DNA from: Bdellovibrionota bacterium | GTDB lineage: Bacteria > Bdellovibrionota_C > UBA2361 > JAFLCA01 | Direction of reading: 5' to 3' | NCBI GenBank assembly: GCA_044347745.1 | Contig: JBIKUD010000003.1 | Location: 17,942 to 81,941, forward strand | DNA: 64,000 nt | Shown here: positions 46,956-57,265 of the stretch, piece by piece | Layout: every line of letters starts with the position of its first letter | Position numbering within the stretch: position 1 is the first letter of the stretch | The notes under the pieces: model-generated | Databases searched by the model: none | What the model was told of the DNA's origin: nothing | Seen by the model: the letters and a program-made list of their open reading frames with translations, nothing else | Translations under genes and position numbers: made by a program

Positions 46956-47170
46956 GAAAAATTTTCTTGACTACCTTCGACAAGCTTAGGCCAAGCAGGG
47001 CGAGCAGAATTTTTGGCGCCAGGGGCGGATCGCGACTACTGCGCCTGGACCGGAAAGCCGAGCCTGGCCAAGTAAACGACATCTCAAATTTAATTATATA
47101 TTACTAGACGCGCCGCTCAATTTTCCTCAGAATAGAGATATTAATGCTCGCCTCCGGAGAACGCGTGTAA

Positions 47171-48367
47171 GTGAATATAAAAAAAGACGAAATTGCAGAT
47201 TTTTGTTTGCTTGATACGCCAGAGGAGCATCGCCTGAGTAGTTTCGAGCGCTCCACTTTGTTTGGAGGGGAGGAACTTGAGCGCGCTTTAAATTGGGCAT
47301 CGCGGCAGCTTGCCTCAGTTAAGTTTGACGAACTGCTTTCTTTGTTACCAGCCGAGCAGTTTATTGCCCAGGCAAGTTTATTTGCCAGCGAGAATACCTG
47401 GAACAAAAATTGGATTTTAACTCCACACGCTTTTTTTAATCCGCCGCTCGTCGCGCCACAAGTTCGCAGCCAGGTATTTCATGGATTCCAAGATGGACAG
47501 GTGCTTGATATTGCCTTTGAGTCAAGTTACCGAGCGCAGCACCCTGAGTTTGTGTTGGCTTCAGCAGCGGCTCCTGAAAATAAAATAGTGCACGCGCGTT
47601 ACTGGCGGCACACGCAGCGTGGAGCTCCGGTGATGGTGGCGGTGCATGGTTGGACCATGGGGGACCAGCGCATTAACTCGCTTGCCTTTCTTCCCGGGCT
47701 TTTCTACCAGCTTGGTTTTGATGTGGTGCTCGTAGAACTGCCGTTCCACGGAAGGAGAAAGCCAAAACACGAAGGGAGCAAAAAGATTTCTTTTTTCCCG
47801 AGTATGGATGTTCTGGCCACCAACGAGTCTATGGCGCAGGCAATTTCTGATTTAAGGGAGCTCAGGCTGTATCTTGCAGCTGATGGGGGGACGAAAGTTG
47901 GATGCATGGGCATGAGTCTTGGCGCCTACATTGGAGTGCTGTGGGCATCGCTCGATGCGATAGATTTTTGTGTTCCGATTGTGCCTATGGTTTCAATGTC
48001 AGAACTTGCCTGGGAAGTAATGACCCGGAATACTCATTTTTCACTTTTAAGAGATGCTGGGGTGAGCATTGAGCTACTGGAGCAAGCCTATCGGGTGCAT
48101 TCTCCGCTTTTGTATAAACCAGCAACTGCCAAAGAGCGAATGCTTATTGTAGCCGGAATCGGAGACAAAATTGTGCCTTCGCGGCAGCCAAAGTTATTAT
48201 GGGATCATTGGAAACGTCCGCGCATTGTATGGTTTCAAGGTGGGCATGTGCCTCAATTTAAGCGCTCAAGGACATTCCATGAAGTGGCAGCTTTTTTTGT
48301 TGATATTGGTTTGGTCAGCGCTGAACGGGTGGCCAAAATATTGAGTACACCAAGCGATAAACCATAG
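47171..48367 (+). CDS. alpha/beta hydrolase
   Basis: 398 aa with a GTG start. It has VMVAVHGWTMGD, the nucleophile elbow GCMGMSLGAYIG, and later GDKIVP ... GGH. Confidence 0.6.
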   Translation: MNIKKDEIADFCLLDTPEEHRLSSFERSTLFGGEELERALNWASRQLASVKFDELLSLLPAEQFIAQASLFASENTWNKNWILTPHAFFNPPLVAPQVRSQVFHGFQDGQVLDIAFESSYRAQHPEFVLASAAAPENKIVHARYWRHTQRGAPVMVAVHGWTMGDQRINSLAFLPGLFYQLGFDVVLVELPFHGRRKPKHEGSKKISFFPSMDVLATNESMAQAISDLRELRLYLAADGGTKVGCMGMSLGAYIGVLWASLDAIDFCVPIVPMVSMSELAWEVMTRNTHFSLLRDAGVSIELLEQAYRVHSPLLYKPATAKERMLIVAGIGDKIVPSRQPKLLWDHWKRPRIVWFQGGHVPQFKRSRTFHEVAAFFVDIGLVSAERVAKILSTPSDKP

Positions 48368-48513
48368 CGGCAATGACAAAAAGGGCCGCCGTAGTTCGAA
48401 CTTGCCAAGAACAGCGAAGCGCACAATAATTTAGCAGCCTTTACAAGGGGCAGGGTAGTGCACCTCGGCTGATATCTGTCGAGGCGCTTCTCAATTTCCA
48501 AGGGAGTAGTCGT

Positions 48514-49791
48514 TTGTCATCATCTTTCTCTACGCGGGTAGCACTTCGTTACCTTTGGTCAAAACGCCCGGAAGCATTTATTAGCATCCTCACAGTTATT
48601 TCCGTTCTTGGGGTAGCAATTGGCGTTATCGTGCTCAATGTGGTCATGGCTGTCATGACTGGATTCGAGCATGAACTTAAAGAAAAAATTGTGGGGGCCA
48701 ATTCTCATGTCGTGCTTAAAACTCTTTCAGGTCGTCTGGAAAATTGGGAAGAGGTCTCAAAGCAAGTAGCCTCAGTCGCTCAAGTGGTCAGTGTATCTCC
48801 TTTTACCTATCACCAAGCGCTGATTCGCACCGACAATGGAGCTCAGGGGGTATTGATTCGAGGAATTGCGGAGTCTAGTTCTGCTGCGGACCAAGTACGT
48901 AGTTATGTGGCATCGGATGAAACTCTTCAGCAGCTTTTTAGTCCTCCGGCCATTGAAACCCGTGATGACCAGGGGCAGACATCCGAAGCCCGACTGCCTG
49001 GACTGTTGGTGGGGAGAGAACTCGCCCAGAATCTGGGGCTTTTTCCGGGCGCAACTGTTTCTGTTTTGACGCCGTCATTAACTTCAACGCCATTCGGAAT
49101 GGTTCCTCGATTCCGTCGATTTTTGGTTGTGGGTCATTATAGCTCGGGTTTGGTTGGTTACGAGAGTGAACTTGCCTACGCTTCACTTCCCGATGCGCAA
49201 ACTTTTTTTGGAATGGGATCCACTGTGTCTGGTCTGGAAGTGCGAGTCAGTGACATTGACAAAGCGCCGCAGGTGGCCAGCAAAATTTTAGATGCGCTCG
49301 GTGGTTTAAGCAAAGGAATTTTGGTGCAAGACTGGACGGAGTCTAATCGGGCGCTTTGGGATGCGTTGCGTCTTGAGAAAAAAGTGTACTTTATCGTGCT
49401 GCTTTTGATTGTGGTGATGGCTAGTTTTTCAATAGTGAGCACCTTAGTCATGATAGTGCTCGAAAAGCGTAAGGACATAGCAGTTTTAATGACGCTTGGC
49501 GCATCTGCCAGTAAGGTCTCACGCATTTTTTGGTTGCAGGGAGCCGTAATTGGGCTTTTGGGGACGCTTTTGGGGGTGGTAGGCGGCTGGTTAGGATGTA
49601 TTGCTCTTCGAGAGTATGGCTTTCCTCTGGACGAGCGTATTTTTCAAATGTCGAAGGTCCCCGTGCAAATTGAGCTGGTTAATTTTGTAGTAACGGGTTT
49701 AGCCGCCTTTGTTATTTGCTTACTTGCCACAATTTATCCGGCGCGACGTGCCAGTAGCCTTAGGCCAGTGGATGTATTGCGATATGAATAG
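48514..49791 (+). CDS. lolC: lipoprotein-releasing ABC transporter permease (LolC/E family)
   Basis: 425 aa with a TTG start. It has RYLWSKRPEAFISILTVISVLGVAIGV, a MacB-like periplasmic domain and a C-terminal FtsX domain, and is followed by lolD. Confidence 0.85.
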   Translation: MSSSFSTRVALRYLWSKRPEAFISILTVISVLGVAIGVIVLNVVMAVMTGFEHELKEKIVGANSHVVLKTLSGRLENWEEVSKQVASVAQVVSVSPFTYHQALIRTDNGAQGVLIRGIAESSSAADQVRSYVASDETLQQLFSPPAIETRDDQGQTSEARLPGLLVGRELAQNLGLFPGATVSVLTPSLTSTPFGMVPRFRRFLVVGHYSSGLVGYESELAYASLPDAQTFFGMGSTVSGLEVRVSDIDKAPQVASKILDALGGLSKGILVQDWTESNRALWDALRLEKKVYFIVLLLIVVMASFSIVSTLVMIVLEKRKDIAVLMTLGASASKVSRIFWLQGAVIGLLGTLLGVVGGWLGCIALREYGFPLDERIFQMSKVPVQIELVNFVVTGLAAFVICLLATIYPARRASSLRPVDVLRYE

Positions 49792-49813
49792 CCAGCACGA
49801 GGGAGCCTAAAAG

Positions 49814-50488
49814 GTGTTACAACTTCAATCCGTATATAAAGAGTATAGAGACGCAGATAAAAAGTTGGTTGTGTTGCAGGATATTAACCACACTTTTCCA
49901 GAATCGGGCAGCGTCGCTATTGTGGGACGTTCGGGAATTGGAAAATCTACTCTTTTGCATATTCTTGGCGGTCTTGATTCCCCGAGCAGAGGTCAGGTGC
50001 TGCTTGATGGATGTAATTTAACTGCGTTAGCGCCAGATGAGTTGTCGCGAGTGCGCGGAAGCAAAATCGGATTTGTGTTTCAGTTCCATCATTTGTTACC
50101 TGAATTTTCTGCCCTCGAAAATTGCGCCATGCCATTGCTTATTGCGGAGGTTCCAGAGTCTGAAGCTTTTGACCGCGCCGAAGCAGCGTTACGCCGGGTA
50201 GGTTTAGAAAATAGGGTAAAGCATAGACCCGGTGAGCTTTCGGGTGGGGAGCAGCAGCGAGTTGCGGTGGCCCGAGCCATCGTGAGTAAACCACGATTAC
50301 TTTTGGCTGATGAGCCGACTGGTAATTTAGACGAGGAAACTGCTCGCTTGGTGCAGCGCCTGCTACTAGAAATTCAAGCTGAGCACCAAAGTCTACTGGT
50401 TATAGTTACGCATAGTAAGGAACTGGCAAGCAGTTTAGACCAGGTGGTTGAAATGCAAGCCGGTGGGGCGCTGGTGGCTTTTCCTTAA
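49814..50488 (+). CDS. lolD: lipoprotein-releasing ABC transporter ATP-binding protein
   Basis: 224 aa with a GTG start after GGGAG. Walker A is GRSGIGKST, the signature is [14 protein letters not shown] and Walker B is [12 protein letters not shown]. Confidence 0.85.
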   Translation: MLQLQSVYKEYRDADKKLVVLQDINHTFPESGSVAIVGRSGIGKSTLLHILGGLDSPSRGQVLLDGCNLTALAPDELSRVRGSKIGFVFQFHHLLPEFSALENCAMPLLIAEVPESEAFDRAEAALRRVGLENRVKHRPGELSGGEQQRVAVARAIVSKPRLLLADEPTGNLDEETARLVQRLLLEIQAEHQSLLVIVTHSKELASSLDQVVEMQAGGALVAFP

Positions 50489-50685
50489 GGGCCTCAAAGT
50501 TTCGCCGAACCTTTATTCCCGCAAACTTTGCTCGAGGCGCTTCAGAACGTAATTTTAAAAGTTGCGGGTTCTGAGTAACCAAGGACTAGATGAAGCATGG
50601 TTGTCTCTTTGATTCGGTTTGCGTAAGTTAAGCCTTCACGGCCCGAAGCCCTGAGAGTGCCCACTTGTATTAATAAGGAGTTGCA

Positions 50686-52977
50686 GTGAGTCGTTCGATA
50701 TTTGGTTCCTTTTCCCTCCTTGGTTTTTTCACTTCCACGCTTCTCTCTTCTTCCTTGGCCTTCGCACAAATTTCAGATTCGCTGGTGATCAAAGAAGTTC
50801 AGGTTAGTGGTAATCGACGCATAGATGGCGCCGCTATTCGCAGTCAATTAAAAGCACTTTCCGGAAAGGTATCCAGTGACGCTATAGATGAAGATGTAAA
50901 AACTCTGTATCGCACCGGTTTTTTTGACCAAGTTACCGTTTCTGCCAATGCCGGCGTGTTGATCTACACCGTTATTGAGAAGCCTCAAGTTCGTAAAGTG
51001 TTCATAAAGGGCAATAAAGAAGTAAAAGAAAGTGAGCTTCGAGATGTCTTAAAGCTTGGAGCCGACCGGTTTATCGATAAAACCAAAATCGACTCGCTGG
51101 TGCGCCAAGTGACGCGGTATTATCAGACCCAAGGATTTTACGACGCCGAAGTGTCGGCATCGATTGTGCCTGCGGGCGATGGGCAGGTGGATCTCACCGT
51201 GCAGGTCTCTGAAGGGGACGCCTATAAAATTAAACGCATTAACGTGCTGGGCCTTAAAGAAATTGACGAGTCTGACCTACTCAGCGCAATTCAGACCAAG
51301 CGTTATAAGTGGTGGAATTCGTGGCTCCTGGGTACTGGCCGTCTCAGCCCTGAAATGCTTGAGAATGATCGGGCACTCATGCGTCAATATTTTCTTGATA
51401 ACGGATTTATTGATGCCGCCGTGAGCGAAGCTCGCATTGAAAAAGATGATAATCGCATTCAGGTATATTTCGAGGTGCAGGAAGGGCCACGGTATACCAT
51501 CTCTTCGGTGTCTGCGTCAGGAGATTTGATTGAGGATTCAATCGAAAAGACGCTTGAAGGTATAGAATCGGAACCAGGCGTCGTATTCAGTGCCTCAAAA
51601 ATTAGAGAAGACTCTTTTAAGGTGAGTGAGAAATTTACTGATAAAGGCTACGCATTTGCCAACGTTGTGCCCAATACTGCTATTTCACGCACGGACTCTA
51701 CCGTGGCGCTTGAGTTTGCAAGCACTAAAGGAAATCCGGTCATTGTAAACGAGATTCATATCCAGGGTAACCAAAAAACCTATGAAAACGTAGTGCGCCG
51801 CGAAATTAAGGTGCAAGAGCAGGAGCTATACTCCAGTTCAAAAGTGAAACGCAGCCAACAGTTACTTGAGCGCCTCGGCTTTTTTGAAGAGGTTAATATT
51901 ACCTCTGAGCCTACTGCCGAGAAAGATAAAGTGGATCTAAATGTAAGCCTTAGGGAGGGTTCAACAGGAACCTTCTCGGCGGGAGCTGGATTTTCAAGCT
52001 CTGATGGAGCCTTGTTTAATGCAAGACTTACCGAGAATAATATTTTTGGGTCGGGGCGCAGCTTGTCTTTGAACGCCGATATTGGCACGAGGCGCGATAA
52101 CCTTATTCTTTCGCTAAACGATAATCGTCTCAACGATACCTATGTATCGGGTGGTATTGACCTCCTCAAGAGTGACCGAGAGTATAGTGATTTTGACAGA
52201 AGTTTGACGGGCGGAGCTCTTGAATTCGGCTATCCTTTAGAGCAGGTCTTCGGAGAAGTAGCGGAAGATATTTCTGCCTCACTACAGTATCAGTTTTATA
52301 ACATTGAAATTTCAGATGTTGATGAAGCTGACGCAGCTCAATTGGTTATTGATTCCGCTGGAACGTCAACCTCGTCGTCGATTAGTCCAAAGATCATACG
52401 TAATACTATCAACAATCCTATGAATCCCTCACGAGGGTCGAGGCAGGTCTTGTCCGCCGAGTATGCAGGAATTGGTGGAGATCAGGAATTTTACAATTTT
52501 GAGTTTAGAAATCAGTGGTATCAGCCACTACTAAAAACAGGAATTGGAGACTTTGTTTTTTCATGGCGATTAGCGCTTGGGTATGGTGAAAGTCTTAATG
52601 ACGATCCGTTCCCTCTATTTAAGCGCTATTTCCCTGGTGGAATAAATTCCGTTCGCGGTTTTAAAAATAGGACGCTTGGGCCTAAAGATTCCCGCGGAAA
52701 TGAGTTTGGTGGTGCCAAAGAGGTGGTAAATAATATCGAGCTTATCTTTCCGCTTATAAATTCGGCTGGTCTGAAAGGTGTCGTGTTTTACGACATTGGT
52801 GAGGCGTTTGACGACTCCGACAGTATCGACCTGGGAGCGTTACGCAAGGCCTATGGGTATGGTATCCGCTGGGCATCCCCGCTTGGGCCGATTCGTGTTG
52901 AATTTGGCTTTCCGATTGGGAAAGAGGACGGTGAGAGATCTATGGTCACCTTGTTCTCATTTGGCGCACCAATGTAA
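50686..52977 (+). CDS. bamA: outer membrane protein assembly factor BamA
   Basis: 763 aa with a GTG start 5 nt after AAGGAG. It has a signal peptide, repeated POTRA-like units (VIKEVQVSGNRRI...; IKRINVLGLKEI...; VNEIHIQGNQKT) and a C-terminal barrel ending FSFGAPM. Confidence 0.9.
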   Translation: MSRSIFGSFSLLGFFTSTLLSSSLAFAQISDSLVIKEVQVSGNRRIDGAAIRSQLKALSGKVSSDAIDEDVKTLYRTGFFDQVTVSANAGVLIYTVIEKPQVRKVFIKGNKEVKESELRDVLKLGADRFIDKTKIDSLVRQVTRYYQTQGFYDAEVSASIVPAGDGQVDLTVQVSEGDAYKIKRINVLGLKEIDESDLLSAIQTKRYKWWNSWLLGTGRLSPEMLENDRALMRQYFLDNGFIDAAVSEARIEKDDNRIQVYFEVQEGPRYTISSVSASGDLIEDSIEKTLEGIESEPGVVFSASKIREDSFKVSEKFTDKGYAFANVVPNTAISRTDSTVALEFASTKGNPVIVNEIHIQGNQKTYENVVRREIKVQEQELYSSSKVKRSQQLLERLGFFEEVNITSEPTAEKDKVDLNVSLREGSTGTFSAGAGFSSSDGALFNARLTENNIFGSGRSLSLNADIGTRRDNLILSLNDNRLNDTYVSGGIDLLKSDREYSDFDRSLTGGALEFGYPLEQVFGEVAEDISASLQYQFYNIEISDVDEADAAQLVIDSAGTSTSSSISPKIIRNTINNPMNPSRGSRQVLSAEYAGIGGDQEFYNFEFRNQWYQPLLKTGIGDFVFSWRLALGYGESLNDDPFPLFKRYFPGGINSVRGFKNRTLGPKDSRGNEFGGAKEVVNNIELIFPLINSAGLKGVVFYDIGEAFDDSDSIDLGALRKAYGYGIRWASPLGPIRVEFGFPIGKEDGERSMVTLFSFGAPM

Positions 52978-53061
52978 TTTGATATTTGGGGGGCTATCCC
53001 GTATAGTCCTCGCTTGACTTTTAACCAGTCATTTTGTCTGCCTTCTGAAGGCTTTAAAAGG

Positions 53062-53628
53062 ATGCGCTCGCCCATGAAACTACATGCGTGCTGCCCAAGG
53101 AATCATAAATTGAGTATAGTGTGCAGTTTGGTGCTAAGCCTGGTATTGGGTGTTTCAAGCTCACAGGCCCAGAACGCCCCGCATGTGTATGTGGTAGACA
53201 TGCAGCGTATCCTCGACGAATCAATTGTGGGCAAGGCTGCCCAAGCGTCACTTAAAGCTGATGCGGAGAAGCGCGAGGCTAAGCTTGGCCTCATGCGCAA
53301 AGACGTACTCAAGGGGCGAGAGGATTTGGAAAAACAGTCCACCTTGCTCTCCCCGCAAGCAGTTCAAGAAAAACGCGAAGCGCAAATGAAAAAAGAGCGC
53401 GAGCTTGAGCGGGCCATCGCCGACGAGCGAGAAGCTTTATCTATGAAAAGCGATGAGGCTATCCGCAAAATAGTTCGTGACGCCCAGGCTCAAGTTCAAG
53501 TAGTGGCGCGCCAAGATAATTTGCCATTTGTTGTTGTGCGCGATGAAAATTTTGTGGTGTACGTGAATTCGAAGTTTGATATTACCGAACGAGTGCTTAA
53601 AGCGCTTGATGAAAAAGCAGTGGGGTAA
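53062..53628 (+). CDS. skp: OmpH/Skp periplasmic chaperone
   Basis: A signal peptide is followed by VYVVDMQRILDESIVGKAAQASLKADAEKREAKL..., a charged helical protein located directly after bamA. The start is ambiguous (53014 TTG, 53062 ATG or 53074 ATG). Confidence 0.75.
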   Translation: MRSPMKLHACCPRNHKLSIVCSLVLSLVLGVSSSQAQNAPHVYVVDMQRILDESIVGKAAQASLKADAEKREAKLGLMRKDVLKGREDLEKQSTLLSPQAVQEKREAQMKKERELERAIADEREALSMKSDEAIRKIVRDAQAQVQVVARQDNLPFVVVRDENFVVYVNSKFDITERVLKALDEKAVG

Positions 53629-53633
53629 GCGAT

Positions 53634-54110
53634 ATGGCAGAAGCAGCGAAGGAAAAAACGGAAGTACCTGAACAAGGCGTCGTGCTTGATTCCGTTCAGA
53701 TTCAAGAGATAATTCCTCACCGTTATCCATTTTTATTGGTCGATAAAATAATTGAATTTGTCGATAACCAGCGTGTTGTTGGCATTAAAAACGTTACGAT
53801 CAACGAGCCCTTTTTTGTGGGGCATTTCCCAGGGCAGCCCGTTATGCCTGGAGTCTTGGTGCTGGAAGCTATGGCGCAAACCGCAGCAATCTTGGCAAAG
53901 CGATCAATTGATGGGGTGGCGCCTGGTAAATCTGTGTTTCTTGTTGGCGCGACTGATTTTAAGTGGAAGAAAAAAATCGTGCCGGGCGATACACTTCGGA
54001 TTGAAATGGTGTCTGTGAGAAAGCGTCGCCCTATTTGGGTAATGCAGGGTGAGGTTTTCGTTGAAGGAAAGCTTGTCGCCTCCGGAACTATCTCTGCGAT
54101 GGAAAATTAA
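53634..54110 (+). CDS. fabZ: 3-hydroxyacyl-ACP dehydratase FabZ
   Basis: 158 aa with IIPHRYPFLLVDKI ... NEPFFVGHFPGQPVMPGVLVLEAMAQ, the canonical FabZ motifs. Confidence 0.9.
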   Translation: MAEAAKEKTEVPEQGVVLDSVQIQEIIPHRYPFLLVDKIIEFVDNQRVVGIKNVTINEPFFVGHFPGQPVMPGVLVLEAMAQTAAILAKRSIDGVAPGKSVFLVGATDFKWKKKIVPGDTLRIEMVSVRKRRPIWVMQGEVFVEGKLVASGTISAMEN

Positions 54111-54140
54111 AGGTGCTTTGAGAGTGATGAGGTACCCGCA

Positions 54141-54938
54141 GTGACAGCCCATATTCATCCAACGGCAGTGATTGATCCGAATGCGAGCATCGGCGAGGGC
54201 TCTCATGTTGGCCCATATGCGGTCATAGGGCCGCATGTGGTGATGGGAAAAAACAACACTGTTGGCCCGCATGTCGTCCTAGAGGGGCACACTCGCTTAG
54301 GAGATTATAACCAAATTTATCAATTCGCGTCGGTAGGCGCTGCGCCTCAAGATTTAAAATACAAAGGCGAAGCGAGCACCTTAGAAATTGGTAGCCACAA
54401 TATTATTCGTGAGTTCACCACCTTGCAGCCCGGTACCTCTGGCGGGGGAATGCGCACTGTCGTTGGAGACAAAAATCTTTTCATGGCAAATTCTCATGTG
54501 GGCCATGATTGTAAAGTTGGTAGCGGTAATATTGTAGCTAATTCCGTGGCCTTGGCAGGACATGTAACCGTGGGCAATTTTGTTACCCTAGGAGGCCTTT
54601 CGGCCGTGCATCAATTTGTTCGACTTGGTGACTATAGCTTTTTGGGGGGAGGTTCGATGGTCGCCCACGACGTGCCTCCCTACTGCATAGTTGAGGGAAA
54701 TAGAGCGGTGCTCGCTGGCCTTAATATTGTTGGTCTTGAGAGACGTGGATTTTCGGCTGAGGACGTAGAACGTCTCAGACAGATTTATCGCAAATTGTTT
54801 TTTGAAGCCGGGGCCTATCGCACCCGTTTGGCGGAACTAAAGCCTGAGCTACAAAGTTTTGCGGCTGGCGCCGTGTTGCTCCAATTTTTAGAATCTTCTG
54901 AGCGTGGGCTCTGTGCACCTAGACGGAAGAAAAAATAA
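54141..54938 (+). CDS. lpxA: acyl-ACP--UDP-N-acetylglucosamine O-acyltransferase LpxA
   Basis: 265 aa with a GTG start. It has hexapeptide repeats (IHPTAVIDPNASIGEGSHVGPYAVIGPHV...) and a C-terminal helical domain (RRGFSAEDVERLRQIYRKLF). Confidence 0.9.
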   Translation: MTAHIHPTAVIDPNASIGEGSHVGPYAVIGPHVVMGKNNTVGPHVVLEGHTRLGDYNQIYQFASVGAAPQDLKYKGEASTLEIGSHNIIREFTTLQPGTSGGGMRTVVGDKNLFMANSHVGHDCKVGSGNIVANSVALAGHVTVGNFVTLGGLSAVHQFVRLGDYSFLGGGSMVAHDVPPYCIVEGNRAVLAGLNIVGLERRGFSAEDVERLRQIYRKLFFEAGAYRTRLAELKPELQSFAAGAVLLQFLESSERGLCAPRRKKK

Positions 54939-54970
54939 ACAACCTAATACATGCTCGTTTTGGGCTCGCT

Positions 54971-55822
54971 ATGACCCTTGAATTGCAATCCCCAATTGGA
55001 CTCGTGGCTGGCGGGGGAAATTTTCCGATTGAATTTGTGCGTCGCGCGCGTGAGCGTGGTCTCGAAGTAGCAGTGGTTGCACATCATGGCGAAAGTGATG
55101 CGGCGCTCACGGCCTTAGTGCCAGATGCTTTGTGGATTAAAGTCGGGCAGCTTGGCAAATTGATTTCTTTTTTCAAAAAACGAAAAGTTCGCCAAGTAGC
55201 TTTTGCTGGCGGAATATCAAGGGTGCGGCTTTTTCAGAATACTTGGCTCGATTTTCGCGGGGCTGCGTTAATAGCGCGCCTTGGGAGTGTAAAAGACGAC
55301 GTGGTGCTTCGAGGGGTTGCCGCTGAACTTGAATCTGAGGGCATGCACGTTTTTTCAGCTACGGCACTTTTGGATCGCAGCACACCAGGCATCGGTCGTC
55401 TGGGTCGCCGTGAGCTTAGCCGGGCGGAAGCCGCTGAGGCTGTACTGGGCTGGGAGGCCGCTGAGGCTATCGGCCGATTGGATATTGGACAGACTGTGGT
55501 AGTGGCAAAAGGCGTAATTGCGGCAGTGGAAGCGGTGGAAGGAACTGACGCTGCTATTGCGCGTGCTGGGCAGTTGGCTGGAGCGGGGGCCATCGTGGTT
55601 AAGTTGCCCAAACCTCAGCAAGATAGACGCCTCGATTTGCCAGCTCTCGGTCCACAGACCATAGAGACCATGAAAAAGGTTGGAGCCACCGCTCTGGTGC
55701 TTCGTGAGGCTGGTGCCGTATTGCTCGATCCGCTGACGCTCGTGCACGCTGCCGATGAGGCTAATATAGCGATAGAGGCCTTTCCTGACATCGATGCGCT
55801 TAAGCTCCGTTGCCTACCATAG
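54971..55822 (+). CDS. lpxI: UDP-2,3-diacylglucosamine diphosphatase LpxI (DUF1009)
   Basis: 283 aa with IGLVAGGGNFPIEF ... VAFAGGISR ... DIGQTVVV ... QDRRLDLPALGPQTIETM, the LpxI family pattern. It lies immediately after lpxA. Confidence 0.75.
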   Translation: MTLELQSPIGLVAGGGNFPIEFVRRARERGLEVAVVAHHGESDAALTALVPDALWIKVGQLGKLISFFKKRKVRQVAFAGGISRVRLFQNTWLDFRGAALIARLGSVKDDVVLRGVAAELESEGMHVFSATALLDRSTPGIGRLGRRELSRAEAAEAVLGWEAAEAIGRLDIGQTVVVAKGVIAAVEAVEGTDAAIARAGQLAGAGAIVVKLPKPQQDRRLDLPALGPQTIETMKKVGATALVLREAGAVLLDPLTLVHAADEANIAIEAFPDIDALKLRCLP

Positions 55823-55938
55823 AATTGTTCGTTGATACCTTTGGAATCCACGTGTTAGAACCTTTAAGAGGAGAAAGATGCGTCAAAGCAATTTATTCTC
55901 TTGTGATTCTTGGCCAACTAACAACCGTGCGGTGAGCA

Positions 55939-57264
55939 GTGAGAACATTTTTATACCCAGCACTTTTTTTGATTTCGGCAGCTCTTGGAGTTCTCTCGTT
56001 AGCTGAATGGGCAAGTTTGTCGCTGGACAGCGCGCGCCAGGATCAAGCGGTCGTAATCACCAAGCAAAGTGCTCTTGCTCAGACCGAAAAAGGTTTCCTT
56101 CCTGATGCTGATCGTTACGTGCAGTCGTACTCCGAACTTCGTCTGCTGGCTCAGAAGGAAAAGGATCCGGCGCAGAGAATTGAACTTCTCTGTCATGCAC
56201 TTGAGCAGGTAGGGAACGCCATACGCCTCAGGCCTCAGCATTCAGTGTACCTTGTGAATTGGGCCAATGTGAGGCAGGTGCTCGGTGCTTCTCATGAGTG
56301 TGGCCGTCCTTATACCAGCGGAGATTTTAGAGAAGCAGTTGCCTTTGCACTAAGTTCTGATCCCACAAATCCGAGCGTGCTTTTTTCTGCTGGGCTCATT
56401 CGGCAATGGGCTGGAGATGAAGCCGGTGCCTGGCATCTTTTTCATCAAGTATTACTTTTGGGAGTTGATGTGCCTCAGGGCCAGCTTGATTATATACAGT
56501 CTCAAATTACTTCCCCCGCAGCACTCAAAGCGATCGTTCCGGCTCGGTTCCCTCAAATTAATCATTGGTCTCGTCAGTTGCAAAAGCAATCTTTTGTCCC
56601 CCTGCGTGAAATTAGTCCTGCTTTGGCTAGTTTGCAATTATCAGCACTTGCTCAGAGCAAAAGCGAATACGAGCAAGGCAGGATTCCAATTGAATTGCAA
56701 ATTAAGCGTCTACAAGGCTTATTGGCTCTAGGGGTGACTAATGTGGTTCGCCAGACAATAGATGCTGAATTAGCCGAGCTATTGGAGCACAAAGGTGAGC
56801 AAGGACTCGCCCAGTACTTGCGAGCCCGGTCTAAGCTGGTCGAGATTCAGGTAAATAGGGCCTATGTTGATTCTGACACAAGACCGCTTAAGGGCGCTTT
56901 AGGCGCTTGGAATGATCAGCGACCAGTTTTGCTTGATCAGTTTTATTCCAGTATCGGGTTTTTTGTACCCATGGGCGCCTGGCCACGACTTATTGAACTA
57001 CATGCCCAAACAGAAGTGTCTTCATTTTCAACGACTAATCTGAAATTCTTGGTCAGTGATGATAACCAGCGTTGGATGGATGTGCAGGGTGAGGTGAGAA
57101 CAGAAAAATTTGTGTTGGCGAATCATACAGTGGTTGCTGCGCATTCTGATGTAGAGCCAAGTAAATATTGGAAAATTCACTTCGCTTCCTCAAGCCGGGA
57201 TAAGCTATTTTACAACGGGCTTGAGCAGCTAGTGAAGGTATACGTAGCGCCGGGAGGTTTGTAA
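55939..57264 (+). CDS. hypothetical N-terminally anchored protein with TPR-like helical region
   Basis: 441 aa with a GTG start. It has one N-terminal TM helix and helical repeats, and the C-terminal ~110 aa are beta-rich. It is tightly packed with the downstream genes, with a 1-nt gap. Confidence 0.4.
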   Translation: MRTFLYPALFLISAALGVLSLAEWASLSLDSARQDQAVVITKQSALAQTEKGFLPDADRYVQSYSELRLLAQKEKDPAQRIELLCHALEQVGNAIRLRPQHSVYLVNWANVRQVLGASHECGRPYTSGDFREAVAFALSSDPTNPSVLFSAGLIRQWAGDEAGAWHLFHQVLLLGVDVPQGQLDYIQSQITSPAALKAIVPARFPQINHWSRQLQKQSFVPLREISPALASLQLSALAQSKSEYEQGRIPIELQIKRLQGLLALGVTNVVRQTIDAELAELLEHKGEQGLAQYLRARSKLVEIQVNRAYVDSDTRPLKGALGAWNDQRPVLLDQFYSSIGFFVPMGAWPRLIELHAQTEVSSFSTTNLKFLVSDDNQRWMDVQGEVRTEKFVLANHTVVAAHSDVEPSKYWKIHFASSSRDKLFYNGLEQLVKVYVAPGGL

Positions 57265-57265
57265 A

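Noticed and set aside
47012-47075. The sequence CCTGGACCGGAAAGCCGAGCCTGGCCAAG superficially recalls the SRP (4.5S) RNA domain IV region (CAGGUCCGGAAGGAAGCAGCC).
   Set aside because: The GNAR tetraloop closing pair and the conserved AGCA/GGUC symmetric-loop nucleotides are not reproduced, and no long terminal helix is evident. This is resemblance only, and it needs cmscan before any call.
46674-47082. Short ORFs 46674-46862 (+, 62 aa) and 46891-47082 (-, 63 aa) in the long intergenic gap.
   Set aside because: They have a non-ATG start or low-complexity Arg/Pro/Ser-rich products and no RBS, and one is threaded through the 24-bp inverted repeat. The region is more likely non-coding.
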